Source: an uncultured Candidatus Cloacimonadota bacterium (GTDB lineage Bacteria > Cloacimonadota > Cloacimonadia > Cloacimonadales > Cloacimonadaceae). Taken from it: a stretch of 64,000 nt of DNA. Below the pieces are notes generated by a model. That model saw only the letters and a program-made list of their open reading frames with translations, was not told the DNA's origin and did not search any database. Of the stretch, positions 26,211-37,267 are shown in pieces. The position numbers and the translations under genes were made by a program. The stretch is from assembly GCA_964454815.1 (NCBI GenBank), contig CAYVXJ010000009.1, positions 29,775 to 93,774 of the forward strand, written 5' to 3'. Position 1 is the first letter of the stretch. Each line of letters starts with the position of its first letter.

Positions 26211-27967
26211 TTCACGCTCCTTTCTGCGACGGTCTTGCGCAGCTCGGCTTCGAACTGGTCAAAAGAGGGGCTTTTGAACTCTGAATAGTTCATCTGTTTG
26301 CAGAGGTTCACTATTTTGATGAAGTGAGGCATGACTTCTTCGAATCCGTCAAAGACAAACTCAGTATCGCAGATGCCCAGGACAAGCTCCATCATATATT
26401 TCTGTCTGTCCATCGGGGTGGATTGGTCGATCTTGTCAAAGCCATCCTGTTGCAGGATAACGCGGTCGATCAGTTCCGATTTCCAGAACTTGTCATGATA
26501 GGACAAAGGAACACCATCGTCACCGAGGATGTTGATCTGCTCATAGGCTTCCTTCCCGCGTAACAAGATGTCTTTGGCGTGAACCACCGAAGCGACCCAG
26601 TTTGGCGAGACATACTTGTTCAGGTATTCCTGAACCTCGTCGTATTCGAGATATTTGGAGTAAGAATCGATCGGATCGACAGCGGGATAACGCTTTGAGT
26701 CTGCTCTGTCCTGAGAGAGAGCATAGAAACATCTCGCTGCTTTCTTTGTGGATTCGGTCACGGGTTCCTTGAGGTTACCACCGGCGGGAGACACTGTTCC
26801 TATAAAGGTGATCGAGCCTGTCGCATCATTATTGAGATAGACGAAACCAGCTCTGGAATAGAAATTGGAGACGATAGCGGGAAGGTCCATCGGGAAAGCG
26901 TCCGGACCGGGAAGCTCTTCCATTCTGTTGGACATCTCGCGTAGAGCTTGAGCCCAGCGGGAGGTCGAGTCCGCAAGAAGCAGAACCTTGAGCCCCATCG
27001 ATCTGTAATACTCGGCAATGGTCATCGCCGTATAAACCGAAGCTTCACGAGCCGCGACAGGCATGTTCGAGGTGTTACAGATGATGATCGTCCGTTCCAT
27101 GAGCTTTCTACCGGTGCGGGGATCGTCCAGCTCCGGGAATTCGACGAAGAGTTCCACGACTTCATTAGCGCGCTCTCCACAAGCAGCGACGATGATCAAG
27201 TCTGCATCCGCATTCTTGGAAATGCTGTGTTGCAAGACCGTCTTGCCACAGCCGAAAGGACCGGGAATAAAGCCTGTCCCGCCTTCGACTATCGGATTCA
27301 GGGTGTCGATGGTGCGGACACCTGTCTCCATCAGTCTGAAAGGACGCGGTTTGTCTTTGTAAGCGCGGATCGGGAGCTTCACAGGCCATTTCTGAACCAT
27401 CGTTATCGAGTGTTCCTTGCCCTCAGAGTCCGTGACCTTGGCGATCTCTTGGGATATCTTGTAGGCACCTGCAGGAGCTATTGAAGTCACAGTGTATTCA
27501 CCGGTCATGGTGAAGGGAAGCATTATCTTGTGGGCAACCCAGCTTTCGGGGACTTCACCCAGCCAAGCACCGCCGGTCACTTTATCTCCGACCTGAGCAA
27601 GGGGCTTGAAGTTCCAGACGCTATCCTCATCAAGCGGATCAGTATATTCACCGCGGGTGAGATAGACGCCTTTCATTTTATTCAGGTCATTCTGGAGACC
27701 GTCGTAGTTCTTGGAGAGCATACCCGGGCCAAGCTTGACCTCGAGCATGTGCTGGGTGAATTCAACAGTGTCGCCGGGCTTGAGTCCGCGAGTGCTCTCG
27801 AAAACCTGCGAGTAAGCAATGTTCCCGAGCACCTTGATGACTTCAGCCATGAGCTTGACACCATTCAGATCGATGTAGCATATTTCGTTTTGCGAAACCG
27901 GCCCGTTCACTTCGACGAGGACCAGGTTTGCAATGATACCTTTGACAATACCTTTGGTCATATACAT
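26207..27967 (-). CDS. atpA: V-type ATPase catalytic subunit A
   Basis: Walker A GPFGCGKT, and LLADSTSRWAQALREMS, typical of V/A-type A subunits. 586 aa. Confidence 0.92.
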   Translation of the reverse strand: MYMTKGIVKGIIANLVLVEVNGPVSQNEICYIDLNGVKLMAEVIKVLGNIAYSQVFESTRGLKPGDTVEFTQHMLEVKLGPGMLSKNYDGLQNDLNKMKGVYLTRGEYTDPLDEDSVWNFKPLAQVGDKVTGGAWLGEVPESWVAHKIMLPFTMTGEYTVTSIAPAGAYKISQEIAKVTDSEGKEHSITMVQKWPVKLPIRAYKDKPRPFRLMETGVRTIDTLNPIVEGGTGFIPGPFGCGKTVLQHSISKNADADLIIVAACGERANEVVELFVEFPELDDPRTGRKLMERTIIICNTSNMPVAAREASVYTAMTIAEYYRSMGLKVLLLADSTSRWAQALREMSNRMEELPGPDAFPMDLPAIVSNFYSRAGFVYLNNDATGSITFIGTVSPAGGNLKEPVTESTKKAARCFYALSQDRADSKRYPAVDPIDSYSKYLEYDEVQEYLNKYVSPNWVASVVHAKDILLRGKEAYEQINILGDDGVPLSYHDKFWKSELIDRVILQQDGFDKIDQSTPMDRQKYMMELVLGICDTEFVFDGFEEVMPHFIKIVNLCKQMNYSEFKSPSFDQFEAELRKTVAERSVK

Positions 27968-27981
27968 ACCTTCTATATTAC

Positions 27982-28854
27982 TTATTTACTTTTGATAGAG
28001 TATTCTTCAGGGAAGCTAAAGCTGTTCTCAAGTGCGTTCAAAGCATCATAGAACAGTGATTTCCCTGAGTCCGTGTCCAGCTTTGTCCAGCGTGTCAGGA
28101 TCCTGAGCTTGCAGAAGTAACCCAATACTTTGTCGATGCTAAAGTACTCAAAGAAGTTCTGCGCATCGATCCATTTCCAACGGTATATATCATATCCGCG
28201 TTCACGGTAGAGGATGTTATTCTGCTCATATATGCGCCAAATAGCTTCGAATACGGGGAATTCCTTCCCCAGTCCGAAGTCATTTGCCTGACTCTTGGAC
28301 AAGCGTTCCACGATCTCGTTTTCACCGATCAGGTATGGGGCAAACCCAAAACCATGCTTTCTGCCATTGATGGCTAAGACGATATTCCGGATATCTCTGT
28401 CAAGCGAGAACCATTTACGCAGATACTCATTAGGATGTTTGCAGACAAACTCGTAGAAAGCCGTCAATAACATCAGATCAGTATCAATGTGTGAGGGCAG
28501 CTCTTCCTTCCTAAGTACTGTGAGTAGGATCGCACTGACGAATCCGGGGATAAGTCTGAACCTCTCCGGCATAGAGATATCTGGACTATTGGACTTGGCC
28601 TTGTGCCATTCCAGATACTCCGCCCAAAATCCTTCAGGGAAGATTGATGAAACATCAGCAGTGGCTTTCCCGGGATATAGCTGATCAAGCAATAAGGCGA
28701 TCTCATCCGGTAAACAGATAAGCTCTATCAGGTGATAGTCCTTTTCGCTAAGTTGCTTGCGCGCATCATCCAGGAAAGACTCAAGCGTGATGTTCAGCTT
28801 GCTGTCATCAATTCCCAAACCCGGTAAACCGGTCACAAAATAGTAATACTGCAT
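27982..28854 (-). CDS. DUF2764-like V-ATPase-associated protein (Bacteroidota-type operon member)
   Basis: Sits between E and A, as in Bacteroidota V-ATPase operons. No other recognisable motif. The family assignment comes from position and recollection only. Confidence 0.5.
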   Translation of the reverse strand: MQYYYFVTGLPGLGIDDSKLNITLESFLDDARKQLSEKDYHLIELICLPDEIALLLDQLYPGKATADVSSIFPEGFWAEYLEWHKAKSNSPDISMPERFRLIPGFVSAILLTVLRKEELPSHIDTDLMLLTAFYEFVCKHPNEYLRKWFSLDRDIRNIVLAINGRKHGFGFAPYLIGENEIVERLSKSQANDFGLGKEFPVFEAIWRIYEQNNILYRERGYDIYRWKWIDAQNFFEYFSIDKVLGYFCKLRILTRWTKLDTDSGKSLFYDALNALENSFSFPEEYSIKSK

Positions 28855-28861
28855 AGCTTGA

Positions 28862-29467
28862 TCAGGAGTTGAACAATAAAGCCTGAGTGCGGGGACGGAC
28901 GAAGGACTTGAAGAGGTTTATAAAGTCTTCTTCGGTAAAACTAAGCTTGTATGTCCCGTCAGCGGGAGAGATCGTAAAGCCCTGTTTCATCTGAGGGGAG
29001 AATTCAATATTCAGCTTGTTGCCCAAGATTGCCTTGATCGAGCCAAGGAAGTGATCGTCCAGCTTGGACTGCAGACTCTCGGAGATGACCAAGTTCCCTG
29101 TGCTGTTACCTGCTTTCCAGCCTTCCAGGACTTCGACGATAACTTTCTTAATGAATTCTGTATCGTTAAAGGCAGCTTTGACATCCTTGTCATACACGGA
29201 TTGAAGTATGATGTCGGTGATCTTGTTCTTGAGAGTTGAGATACTGTGTTGAGAGGCTAATTTGATATCTGAAGTGCTGTTCTTCTGAAGCTCGTCTGCC
29301 TTCTTCTGGGCTTCAGCGACTATCGCTTCGGCTTGCTTTCCGGCATCTTCCAGGATGGAATCCGCTTTGGACTTGGCTCCGGCAAGGATCGCCTCCGCTT
29401 CAGCTTGAGCTTTGGCAACTCCTTCTTCATAAACTCGCTTCAATAGTTCTTGTAACTGGTCGTTCAT
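28862..29467 (-). CDS. atpE: V-type ATPase subunit E
   Basis: About 200 aa. N-terminal long Ala/Glu/Lys-rich helix (AKAQAEAEAILAGAKSKADSILEDAGKQAEAIVAEAQKKA). First gene of the operon. Confidence 0.75.
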   Translation of the reverse strand: MNDQLQELLKRVYEEGVAKAQAEAEAILAGAKSKADSILEDAGKQAEAIVAEAQKKADELQKNSTSDIKLASQHSISTLKNKITDIILQSVYDKDVKAAFNDTEFIKKVIVEVLEGWKAGNSTGNLVISESLQSKLDDHFLGSIKAILGNKLNIEFSPQMKQGFTISPADGTYKLSFTEEDFINLFKSFVRPRTQALLFNS

Positions 29468-29698
29468 AATCTATTACTCCAGCGGTATAATTTCATCGCG
29501 TCAATCTTGATATTAGGCTTATTATGTCAATAAATATGTTATGGTTATAAGCCTCTAATGTCTTTTTTCTTCGACTGTGATCTCACACACTTCATGTGAT
29601 TCTTGACAAAATATCCCCCTGCAATGAGATTGCCACGTTCGCCGAGGTCTATGTCCTAATGCTTGTCATAAAGCGATGGCTAAGACCCGATAGGGTAT

Positions 29699-29791
29699 TA
29701 CCGGAAACGGTAGTGCCTCCCTTTTGGAAAGGCGGGCAGTAAATCTATCTGCTGCTCAGCCTCCGTTTATACTACCTATGGAGGTAAGAAC
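29699..29791 (+). promoter_or_regulatory. Structured 5' leader candidate with an anti-SD element
   Basis: GNRA-capped hairpin TACCG-GAAA-CGGTA (29699-29712). Two CCTCC boxes (29716-29720 and 29760-29764) are complementary to the SD GGAGG (29780-29784). Confidence 0.25.
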
Positions 29792-30604
29792 ATGAAAAGG
29801 ATATTAGTTATCCTGTTTGCCCTCGCTGCTTTGCTTTTTGTCATTGGCTGCAGTGAAAACGATCCCCCAACCGATGTCGATGTCCTTGGTTACAAGCTCG
29901 ACCAGTTCATCACCCGATCCGTAGTCGTTGATTCGATCGATGCAGCTCTCCCGGATACCACCGATCTCCGTCATCTGTTTAACTATGAGATAGTCAGTGG
30001 TGACGAAGATGCATGGAGCCCCAGAAATAGCGTCAATGCCGGTTATGACCTCAATTGGGCTCAGTTTGGCAATGGCTATCTGGTTCCCACGGATGATAAC
30101 CGCACCTGGTTTGAAGATCCAACCCTTCCCGGAGCATTCAAAGTCAAGAACACAGCTCTGTTTAAACTCTACAGAAAGATCGAGGTCATCAGCGGTGGTG
30201 CTTCCAAGCACGTTGAGCTCAAGGGACTTCCGCTTTATCCGATCACCAATTGGGATGGCAATACCGAAAACGCCGTGAAACTCTCCGATCTGATGCAAGG
30301 TATCGCTGCTTATGACTCTGTCAAGATAGTATGCTATGATGGTTATGGCAGTGACAAATATTACCAAGCTGCAGCGATCAATGATGGTTACTACCTTCTC
30401 GATACCGAAAGGACGATCTTCCCTACCGCTACTCTTCCAAACAACCAGAAGAAGATGAAGAAGGTTGCATACATTGAGGTTATCGGTGGTGGAGCCCAGA
30501 ACCACGATTTTGAGCTTGCTCCCCAAGAAACAGCAGATATAATCTTTACCAAACCGGCTTCGATGAACGGCTTTACTTCAACGGTATTGCCGATCGGCGA
30601 CTGA
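29792..30604 (+). CDS. Lipoprotein of unknown function (partner of the TonB-dependent receptor)
   Basis: Lipobox LLFVIGC|SEN. GGAGG RBS. No recognisable enzymatic motif. Confidence 0.65.
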   Translation: MKRILVILFALAALLFVIGCSENDPPTDVDVLGYKLDQFITRSVVVDSIDAALPDTTDLRHLFNYEIVSGDEDAWSPRNSVNAGYDLNWAQFGNGYLVPTDDNRTWFEDPTLPGAFKVKNTALFKLYRKIEVISGGASKHVELKGLPLYPITNWDGNTENAVKLSDLMQGIAAYDSVKIVCYDGYGSDKYYQAAAINDGYYLLDTERTIFPTATLPNNQKKMKKVAYIEVIGGGAQNHDFELAPQETADIIFTKPASMNGFTSTVLPIGD

Positions 30605-30616
30605 TCAAACACAATC

Positions 30617-30640
30617 AAGGGCGGTGTTCACACCGCCCTT
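30617..30640 (+). terminator. Intercistronic hairpin (possible attenuator or weak terminator)
   Basis: AAGGGCGGTG-TTCA-CACCGCCCTT, a 10-bp stem with only a weak T-tract (CATTTGCC) after it. Confidence 0.4.
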
Positions 30641-30657
30641 CATTTGCCTGAGGGAAC

Positions 30658-32553
30658 ATGAAACCTTTCAACTGGACGATCTTCATTATAATAATGACTC
30701 TTCCCCTGACCGCTCAGATAACCAATCCTGACAGCTTAAAACAATACTATCTGCACACAGTGAAGGTCGTGGCGGATCTTCCGGGCCAAACGATAGGCAA
30801 TCTGACACTCAAGCCGGTGACCGTCGGAGAGACTGATGCACCTTTGAATCTCCGTGAGGTTTTCGAAAGCGTACCGGGGATCAGCAGTACCTTCGGGTCA
30901 AAGGATGAAAGCAACCTCAGGATTCGAGGCTTCAGGAAGAACGAGGTCAAGATCCTCGTTGATGGCAGACCTCTGAATAGCGGGTACTTTGGCAATGTGG
31001 ATCTGAACAATATCCCTCTGGCAAACATCAAGGATGTAATGATCATCAAAGGACCCTCATCTGCTATGTATGGATCGGGAACCCTCGGCGGAGTCGTCAA
31101 TCTTATCACAGCTGATCCTTCGACCCAAAAGTGGCTCAAGGTTGCCGCATCCATCAAACGCAATAACACAAATCTCTTTGAACTAAGCAGTTCGCACTCA
31201 TTCCCGGCTTGGAACTACCAGATTTACACATCCCGTGAGCATACTGACGGAATAGTCCTATCCCAGGATTTTCAACCCACGGGATATGAGAACGGAGCAG
31301 TGAGGAATAACTCCCGCAAGACAGTCTATACCTTGAATGGTGCATTGAACTTTGACTTTCTGGACTACCATCAGCTTGGGTTTACAGCAGGTATGACCTA
31401 TATCGGCAGGAAAGAGATACCCTCGAGCATTTTCGAGAGCAAATACCGTCTGTATCGTGATTGGATGAGGAAACAAGCCACCTCCATGGGGACTTTTATC
31501 ATCGGGGACAATGGAACCCTCGATCTAATGCTCTATTACGACCATGCTTCAGATCACTATTTCGAATACAACGATCCCAATTACCAATATCTGTATGTCG
31601 ATTCGATCATGAAGAACCATACTCTCGGCATCAATCCCCGCTACCACATACAGCTTACCGAAAAATCCTCTCTATCCTTCGGCTATCGCGGAGAAGCAGT
31701 TTATTCGACCCGCAAGGACAACGGCAATTATCTAAGCTGGACAGATCATCATCGCACTATCCACCAAGCTTTTACTCAGGCAGAGACTCAGCTTTTTAAG
31801 TCTCTGAAGACTACCGCTTCGCTCGGACTGGCATCATCTTTGACGGATCTCGACCCCAGACCAGATCTTCATCTTGAACCCGCTATAGCCTTGATCTATA
31901 AACCCGGTTCAAACAGCTCTGTGTCTGTATCAGTCGGCTCTGCAACAGCATATCCTACCATGCGTCAGCAGTTTAGCATGGAGCACGGCAATCCCGACCT
32001 CAAGCCTCAGCAGGCATGGAAAACCGAGCTTTCGGCAAACACTCTACGCAAGCTGGCGGGGATAGATATCTCCCTCGATGGCGCAGTATTCTACAATCGT
32101 ACCACAGATCTGATCGATATGTATCAGGAGATCTACCAGAATATCTACCGGGTGGATAGTTACGGACTTGAACTGGGGTTAAAATGCAAACCCGCATCAT
32201 TCATGGAGCTCAATCTCGACTACGCCTACCTGGACTACACAAAGAACTCTGACTACCGATTGACCGAAAGTCCCCGCAACGCAGCCGGGATAAACACTAT
32301 CTTTGCTCTTCCTTATGGAGTCATGCTATCATATTCTGCCAATTACAAAGATATCCGGGCAAGTCTGGATGACAGTTCACGCTACCATATCCTCCCGGCT
32401 TACTGGGTTCACGATCTCCAGCTTAGCCGGAAATGGGATTCTTACAAAGTCTATCTGGGGATAGAAAACCTCTTCGACAAAGACTACCAGTCCGAATACG
32501 GTTTCCCTGAAGCGGGGATCAATTTCAACGTCGGATGCCAAATGGAGTTTTAA
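30658..32553 (+). CDS. TonB-dependent outer-membrane receptor
   Basis: Signal peptide. Plug-domain motifs (...LRIRGF...VKILVDGRPLN...). About 630 aa with a beta-barrel pattern, ending in ...QMEF. Confidence 0.8.
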   Translation: MKPFNWTIFIIIMTLPLTAQITNPDSLKQYYLHTVKVVADLPGQTIGNLTLKPVTVGETDAPLNLREVFESVPGISSTFGSKDESNLRIRGFRKNEVKILVDGRPLNSGYFGNVDLNNIPLANIKDVMIIKGPSSAMYGSGTLGGVVNLITADPSTQKWLKVAASIKRNNTNLFELSSSHSFPAWNYQIYTSREHTDGIVLSQDFQPTGYENGAVRNNSRKTVYTLNGALNFDFLDYHQLGFTAGMTYIGRKEIPSSIFESKYRLYRDWMRKQATSMGTFIIGDNGTLDLMLYYDHASDHYFEYNDPNYQYLYVDSIMKNHTLGINPRYHIQLTEKSSLSFGYRGEAVYSTRKDNGNYLSWTDHHRTIHQAFTQAETQLFKSLKTTASLGLASSLTDLDPRPDLHLEPAIALIYKPGSNSSVSVSVGSATAYPTMRQQFSMEHGNPDLKPQQAWKTELSANTLRKLAGIDISLDGAVFYNRTTDLIDMYQEIYQNIYRVDSYGLELGLKCKPASFMELNLDYAYLDYTKNSDYRLTESPRNAAGINTIFALPYGVMLSYSANYKDIRASLDDSSRYHILPAYWVHDLQLSRKWDSYKVYLGIENLFDKDYQSEYGFPEAGINFNVGCQMEF

Positions 32554-32556
32554 TAC

Positions 32557-34416
32557 TCAGCTTTTGACACCAAAGAACACCACAGCACTCTGTGGCGCGA
32601 TCCGATATTCTCTTCCCTGCGAGATCAGTCCTTTACCGACTTGATAAATTGGAAGGAGTTCTGTGAACACCCGGTGCTCATCCTCCGGTCCAAGATTAAT
32701 GCACACCATGCTTACACTCTTACCCAGAGTCCTTGTATAGCATAATAACTCCGGCTTGCTGTGATCGAATGCTATCTCCCCATCGACAAGCTCAGGATGT
32801 TCCCTGCGTAGTCTGATCAGGGTCTGATATTCTCTTCTCAGGATCTGAGCAGTCTCATTTCGTTCCCAATCCCAGTCGAATGGACGCCGATTGTCCGGAT
32901 CCCCTTTCCCGTGCATCCCGATCTCATCTCCATAATAGATATGCGGAGTGCCGATAAAGGTATATTGAAAGACCAGAAGAAGCATCAATCGGTTCAGATC
33001 ATCACGGCAGAGTTCTCTGACTCTCCAAGTATCATGGCTTCCGATCAGATTCATCATCGCCTTCAGCGGAGATTCCGGATAAGCTCGCAATCCCTCTTCG
33101 ATCCTGCGGGTGAATTCTTCGCAGTCGATGGAGCGATGCAGAAAGAGGTCATGTGCCGGTGCCATGAAGTAGGCATAGTTCATCACCGAATCGAAGTACT
33201 TGTCGTTAACCCACTCCGAAGCGTCATTCCAAATCTCGCCTACCAGCCAGGCATCGGCTTTGATCCGCTTGACCTCGTTGTGGAATAATTCCCAAAACCA
33301 GAATGGAACTTCATCCGGAACGTCCAGCCTGAATCCATCAATATCGATCTCCCCGATCCACCAGCGAACGACGTGGAGCAGATGTGCGACCAAAGTCATA
33401 TTCGGGGTAGCCTGTGCTATGTCCTTGACCTCATTCTCATAGGGATGCGGACGAGCCAGATCGTAGTTTAGATCAGGCATATCCTTGATTCCCCACCAGC
33501 ACTGATAGTATTCTTTGGGGTGAAAATCCTCCGGTAAGGGATCAGGTAACGGCCATTTGAACCAATCATACCAATCCCACCACTCAGAGTCCATCCCCTT
33601 TTGGATACAATCTTCAAAAGCCCAGAAGGTCTCCCCGGTATGGTTGAACGCCACATCGACGATGATCCTCATCCCATATGAGTGGGCTTTGCTAACCAGT
33701 TCTCGCATCTCTTCGACCGTGCCAAAGTGAGGATCGATACTCATGAAGTCTGCGGAATCGTATTTATGATTGGATTTTGCCTTCCACAGGGGATTAAAAT
33801 ACAGAATAGTCACACCCAGGTCCCGGAGATAGTCCAGCTTGGAGATCACTCCACGGAGATCACCTCCATAAAAGGTCCACCAATCGGGCTTACCCTCCGG
33901 CAGATACTTGCTCTGCGTGAGATCAGACACATCGTTCCAGTCACTTACCAGATGAAAGTACTCATGCTGGGCTTTCAGGAATTCACCCTTCGGAGGCGGT
34001 GTCTTGCAGTTATCATAGTATTGCTCGGAAAAGTCCGGATCATTGCCCGGATCTCCGTTACAAAACCTATCGGGAAATATCTGATAGACGATGCCTTCCT
34101 GCACCCAGCGCGGGACATCAAAGTCTTTATGGATCTTCTTTTGGGTTGAGCAGACTTGTTCTCCCGCTCCGACCCGGATCCTGGAATTATGCCCGCCAAA
34201 GGGATCGGCGATCTTGTCCGGATTTGCCGGATCAGCAATCCACTCTCCATCGACCACCAACTTATACAGATACGAGCCCGGTGCCAGATCCAGCTCTGCG
34301 CGATACACTCCGCGTTCATTCTTCATATCTATGATCCGCCAGCCGGCAAAATCACCGCATAGTCCTACGGTATGTTCTCCTGCTGTGAGAGGACTATAGC
34401 TGAACCGCGTAAGCAT
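32557..34416 (-). CDS. GH13 alpha-amylase-family enzyme (neopullulanase/cyclomaltodextrinase-like) with N-terminal CBM48/E-set domain
   Basis: GH13 conserved regions DVAFNH, GFRLDVPDEV, GEIW, GSHDT and IYYGDEIGM. N-terminal GDFAGW...YKLVVDGEW is a glycogen-binding-type module. Confidence 0.8.
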   Translation of the reverse strand: MLTRFSYSPLTAGEHTVGLCGDFAGWRIIDMKNERGVYRAELDLAPGSYLYKLVVDGEWIADPANPDKIADPFGGHNSRIRVGAGEQVCSTQKKIHKDFDVPRWVQEGIVYQIFPDRFCNGDPGNDPDFSEQYYDNCKTPPPKGEFLKAQHEYFHLVSDWNDVSDLTQSKYLPEGKPDWWTFYGGDLRGVISKLDYLRDLGVTILYFNPLWKAKSNHKYDSADFMSIDPHFGTVEEMRELVSKAHSYGMRIIVDVAFNHTGETFWAFEDCIQKGMDSEWWDWYDWFKWPLPDPLPEDFHPKEYYQCWWGIKDMPDLNYDLARPHPYENEVKDIAQATPNMTLVAHLLHVVRWWIGEIDIDGFRLDVPDEVPFWFWELFHNEVKRIKADAWLVGEIWNDASEWVNDKYFDSVMNYAYFMAPAHDLFLHRSIDCEEFTRRIEEGLRAYPESPLKAMMNLIGSHDTWRVRELCRDDLNRLMLLLVFQYTFIGTPHIYYGDEIGMHGKGDPDNRRPFDWDWERNETAQILRREYQTLIRLRREHPELVDGEIAFDHSKPELLCYTRTLGKSVSMVCINLGPEDEHRVFTELLPIYQVGKGLISQGREYRIAPQSAVVFFGVKS

Positions 34417-34438
34417 ATTTAGTAAAACCGGTGTGTAT

Positions 34439-37267
34439 CTACGTGCCCAGATGCGCCTTCAGGAATTGTCCCGTATAGGACTCTTCCACCTTGCAGATAT
34501 CTTCCGGGGTACCGACTGCGATGATCTGACCGCCTTCGTTTCCACCCTCGGGACCAAGGTCTATGACCCAGTCGGCAGACTTTATCACGTCCAGATTATG
34601 CTCGATGACCAGGACGGTATTCCCCATCGCCACGAGCTTCTGCAATACCCCAAGGAGCTTGTTGATATCATCAAAATGCAGTCCCGTGGTCGGCTCATCG
34701 AGGAGATACAGCGTATTGCCGGTACTGGTCTTGGAAAGCTCGCGTGAGAGCTTGATCCTCTGTGCTTCCCCCCCGGATAGCGTGGTCGAGGATTGTCCCA
34801 GCTTGATATACTCCAGTCCCACTTCCATCAATGTCGCCAGCTTTTGCCGGATGGAAGGGATGCTCTCAAAGAAGTTATAAGCTTCCTGGACGTCCATATC
34901 CAGGACTTCTGCGATATTCTTCCCCTTGTAGCGCACGGACAGAGTCTCATGGTTGTAGCGTTTACCTTTGCAGACCTCACAGGTCACAAAGATATCTGCC
35001 ATAAAGTGCATTTCTATCTGTTTGACTCCGGCTCCTTCGCAAGCTTCACAGCGTCCCCCTTTGATATTGAAGGAGAAGCGTCCGGGTTTGTAACCCTTCA
35101 TCTTGGAGGCAGGCAATTCGGCAAAGAGATTGCGAATGGGGTCGAAAAGCTTGATATAGGTACAAGGATTGGATCTCGGAGTCCTGCCGATCGGCTGCTG
35201 ATCGATGGCAATAATCTTATCGATCTCGTCCGTACCGTCGATGCTGCGAACTTTCCCGACCTTATGACTGGTTCGGTAAAACTTATTATGCATAAAGGGA
35301 TAGAGGGTCTGATTGATGAGCGAGCTCTTCCCGCTTCCGGATACACCGGTGATGCAGACCAAAAGCCCCAATGGAATATCGACGTCTATGTCCTTGAGAT
35401 TATTATGCGTAGCTCCTCTGATCTCGATCTGACGAGTATCCGGCTTGACCCTGCGAGTAGGAGTGGGGATCGTCAAGCGACCGCTGAGATACGCACCGGT
35501 AAGCGATGCCTGGGACTTTAGCACGTCCTTGACGCTCCCCGCGACGACTACCTCTCCCCCATAGATCCCTGCCTTGGGACCGAAGTCCACGATCATATCA
35601 GCAGTTCGCATGGTCTCTTCGTCATGTTCGACGACGATCACCGTATTGCCCAGATCCCTGAGCTGCGCCAGCATACTGACGAGCTTGGTATTATCTCGCT
35701 GATGCAGACCGATACTCGGTTCATCCAGGATATACATCACCCCGACGAGCTGAGACCCGATCTGCGATGCCAGTCTGATACGCTGTGCCTCACCCCCGGA
35801 AAGTGTGGGAGAACGACGATCCAGCGAAAGGTAATGCAGACCGACATTGTTGAGAAAACCAAGTCTATTCCGGATCTCTTTCAGGACCTCATCAGCGATG
35901 ATAAGTTGATTCCCCTTGAGTTCGACTCCGCCAAAGAAATCAAGCGCTTCTTTGACGCTCATGGCTGTGACCTCTGTGATGTCTTTTTCCGAGACGCGAA
36001 CCGAGATCGAAGAAGGCTTCAGTTTTTTACCATCACAATCCGGACAGGGTTTATCGCTGATGAATTGCATATAGTATCTGCGCATATCTTCAGAGGTCGT
36101 CTCCCGCATCCTGCGTTCGAGCTGGTTCATTATCCCCTCAAAACGCATCATGAACTCTCCCGATCCATGCGAGGTCTGCCAGGCGATCTTGAAGCGTTTG
36201 CCTTTGGAACCCCAGAGAATAAGCTGTTTGACTTCCTCAGGAAGCTGATACCAGGGAGAGGTAAGCGAGAAGTTGTAAGACTTTGCCAGGTTCTTTATCG
36301 TATTGAGCGTCCAGCTGCTCTGTTTCTCTTCCAGTTTGCCCCAGGCGGCGATAGCTCCGCCAAGAATGGAAAGCTCAGGATCCGGAACGACGAGATCGGG
36401 ATCGAACTCCAGCTTATAACCGAGCCCGTTGCAAGAGGGACAAGCGCCCAGTGGACTATTGAAAGAGAAGTGCTGAGGTGACAGCTCTTCATAGCTTATA
36501 TTGCATTTCGCGCAAGCGTTCTGGGATGACAAGAGGATGGTCTCATCCTCATCCGGGAAGGATATCTTGACCATTCCGTCAGATTGCTTCATCGCCAGTT
36601 CAAGCGAGTCTGCCAGACGGCTTTCAACTCCCGGCTTGATCACCAGACGGTCTATGACTACGTCGATAGTATGCTTGCTCTTTTTATCGAGAACGATCTC
36701 TTCATCAAGATTGCGCACCTTGCCGTTGATCATCACCCGAACGAATCCATCCGCCCTGAGCTGATCCAGCTCTTCCTTATGCTCACCTTTACGGTTCTGA
36801 ACAAGGGGGGACATGACCTGGATCTTCGTGCCTTCCGGATAGCTCATCAGGTTTGAGATCATCTGGTCTATGGATTGTGAACCCACCGGATCCCCGCAGG
36901 AGTAGCAATATTGAGTTCCGACCCTGGCATATAGGACACGGAGATAGTCGTAGATCTCGGTGACCGTTCCGACTGTGGATCGGGGGTTCTTGCTGGCAGC
37001 TTTTTGCTCAATGGAAATTGCTGGAGAAAGCCCCTCGATGTAATCCACTTTTGGCTTCTCCATCTGCCCCAAAAACTGCCTGGCATAGGCAGAAAGCGAC
37101 TCGACATAGCGTCGCTGCCCTTCGGCATATAGAGTATCAAAAGCCAGTGAACTCTTCCCTGAGCCCGAAACACCGGTAAATACGACCAGCTTGTTTCTGG
37201 GTATCTCCAGATCTATGTTCTTTAAGTTATGCTCGGATGCACCTTTAATAATAATCTTCGTCTTCAA
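34439..37267 (-). CDS. uvrA: Excinuclease ABC subunit A
   Basis: 942 aa. Two ABC ATPase modules ([24 protein letters not shown]), Zn-finger cysteines, and two LSGGEAQR signatures. Confidence 0.95.
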   Translation of the reverse strand: MKTKIIIKGASEHNLKNIDLEIPRNKLVVFTGVSGSGKSSLAFDTLYAEGQRRYVESLSAYARQFLGQMEKPKVDYIEGLSPAISIEQKAASKNPRSTVGTVTEIYDYLRVLYARVGTQYCYSCGDPVGSQSIDQMISNLMSYPEGTKIQVMSPLVQNRKGEHKEELDQLRADGFVRVMINGKVRNLDEEIVLDKKSKHTIDVVIDRLVIKPGVESRLADSLELAMKQSDGMVKISFPDEDETILLSSQNACAKCNISYEELSPQHFSFNSPLGACPSCNGLGYKLEFDPDLVVPDPELSILGGAIAAWGKLEEKQSSWTLNTIKNLAKSYNFSLTSPWYQLPEEVKQLILWGSKGKRFKIAWQTSHGSGEFMMRFEGIMNQLERRMRETTSEDMRRYYMQFISDKPCPDCDGKKLKPSSISVRVSEKDITEVTAMSVKEALDFFGGVELKGNQLIIADEVLKEIRNRLGFLNNVGLHYLSLDRRSPTLSGGEAQRIRLASQIGSQLVGVMYILDEPSIGLHQRDNTKLVSMLAQLRDLGNTVIVVEHDEETMRTADMIVDFGPKAGIYGGEVVVAGSVKDVLKSQASLTGAYLSGRLTIPTPTRRVKPDTRQIEIRGATHNNLKDIDVDIPLGLLVCITGVSGSGKSSLINQTLYPFMHNKFYRTSHKVGKVRSIDGTDEIDKIIAIDQQPIGRTPRSNPCTYIKLFDPIRNLFAELPASKMKGYKPGRFSFNIKGGRCEACEGAGVKQIEMHFMADIFVTCEVCKGKRYNHETLSVRYKGKNIAEVLDMDVQEAYNFFESIPSIRQKLATLMEVGLEYIKLGQSSTTLSGGEAQRIKLSRELSKTSTGNTLYLLDEPTTGLHFDDINKLLGVLQKLVAMGNTVLVIEHNLDVIKSADWVIDLGPEGGNEGGQIIAVGTPEDICKVEESYTGQFLKAHLGT

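Noticed and set aside
29609-29791. Assigning the leader to cobalamin, TPP or Moco riboswitch classes.
   Set aside because: I could not find the B12 box (AGYCMGGAGACCKGCC-like), the TPP CUGAGA/ACCUGAUCUGGAUAAUGCC core or Moco conserved blocks by eye. It is kept only as an unclassified structured-leader candidate.
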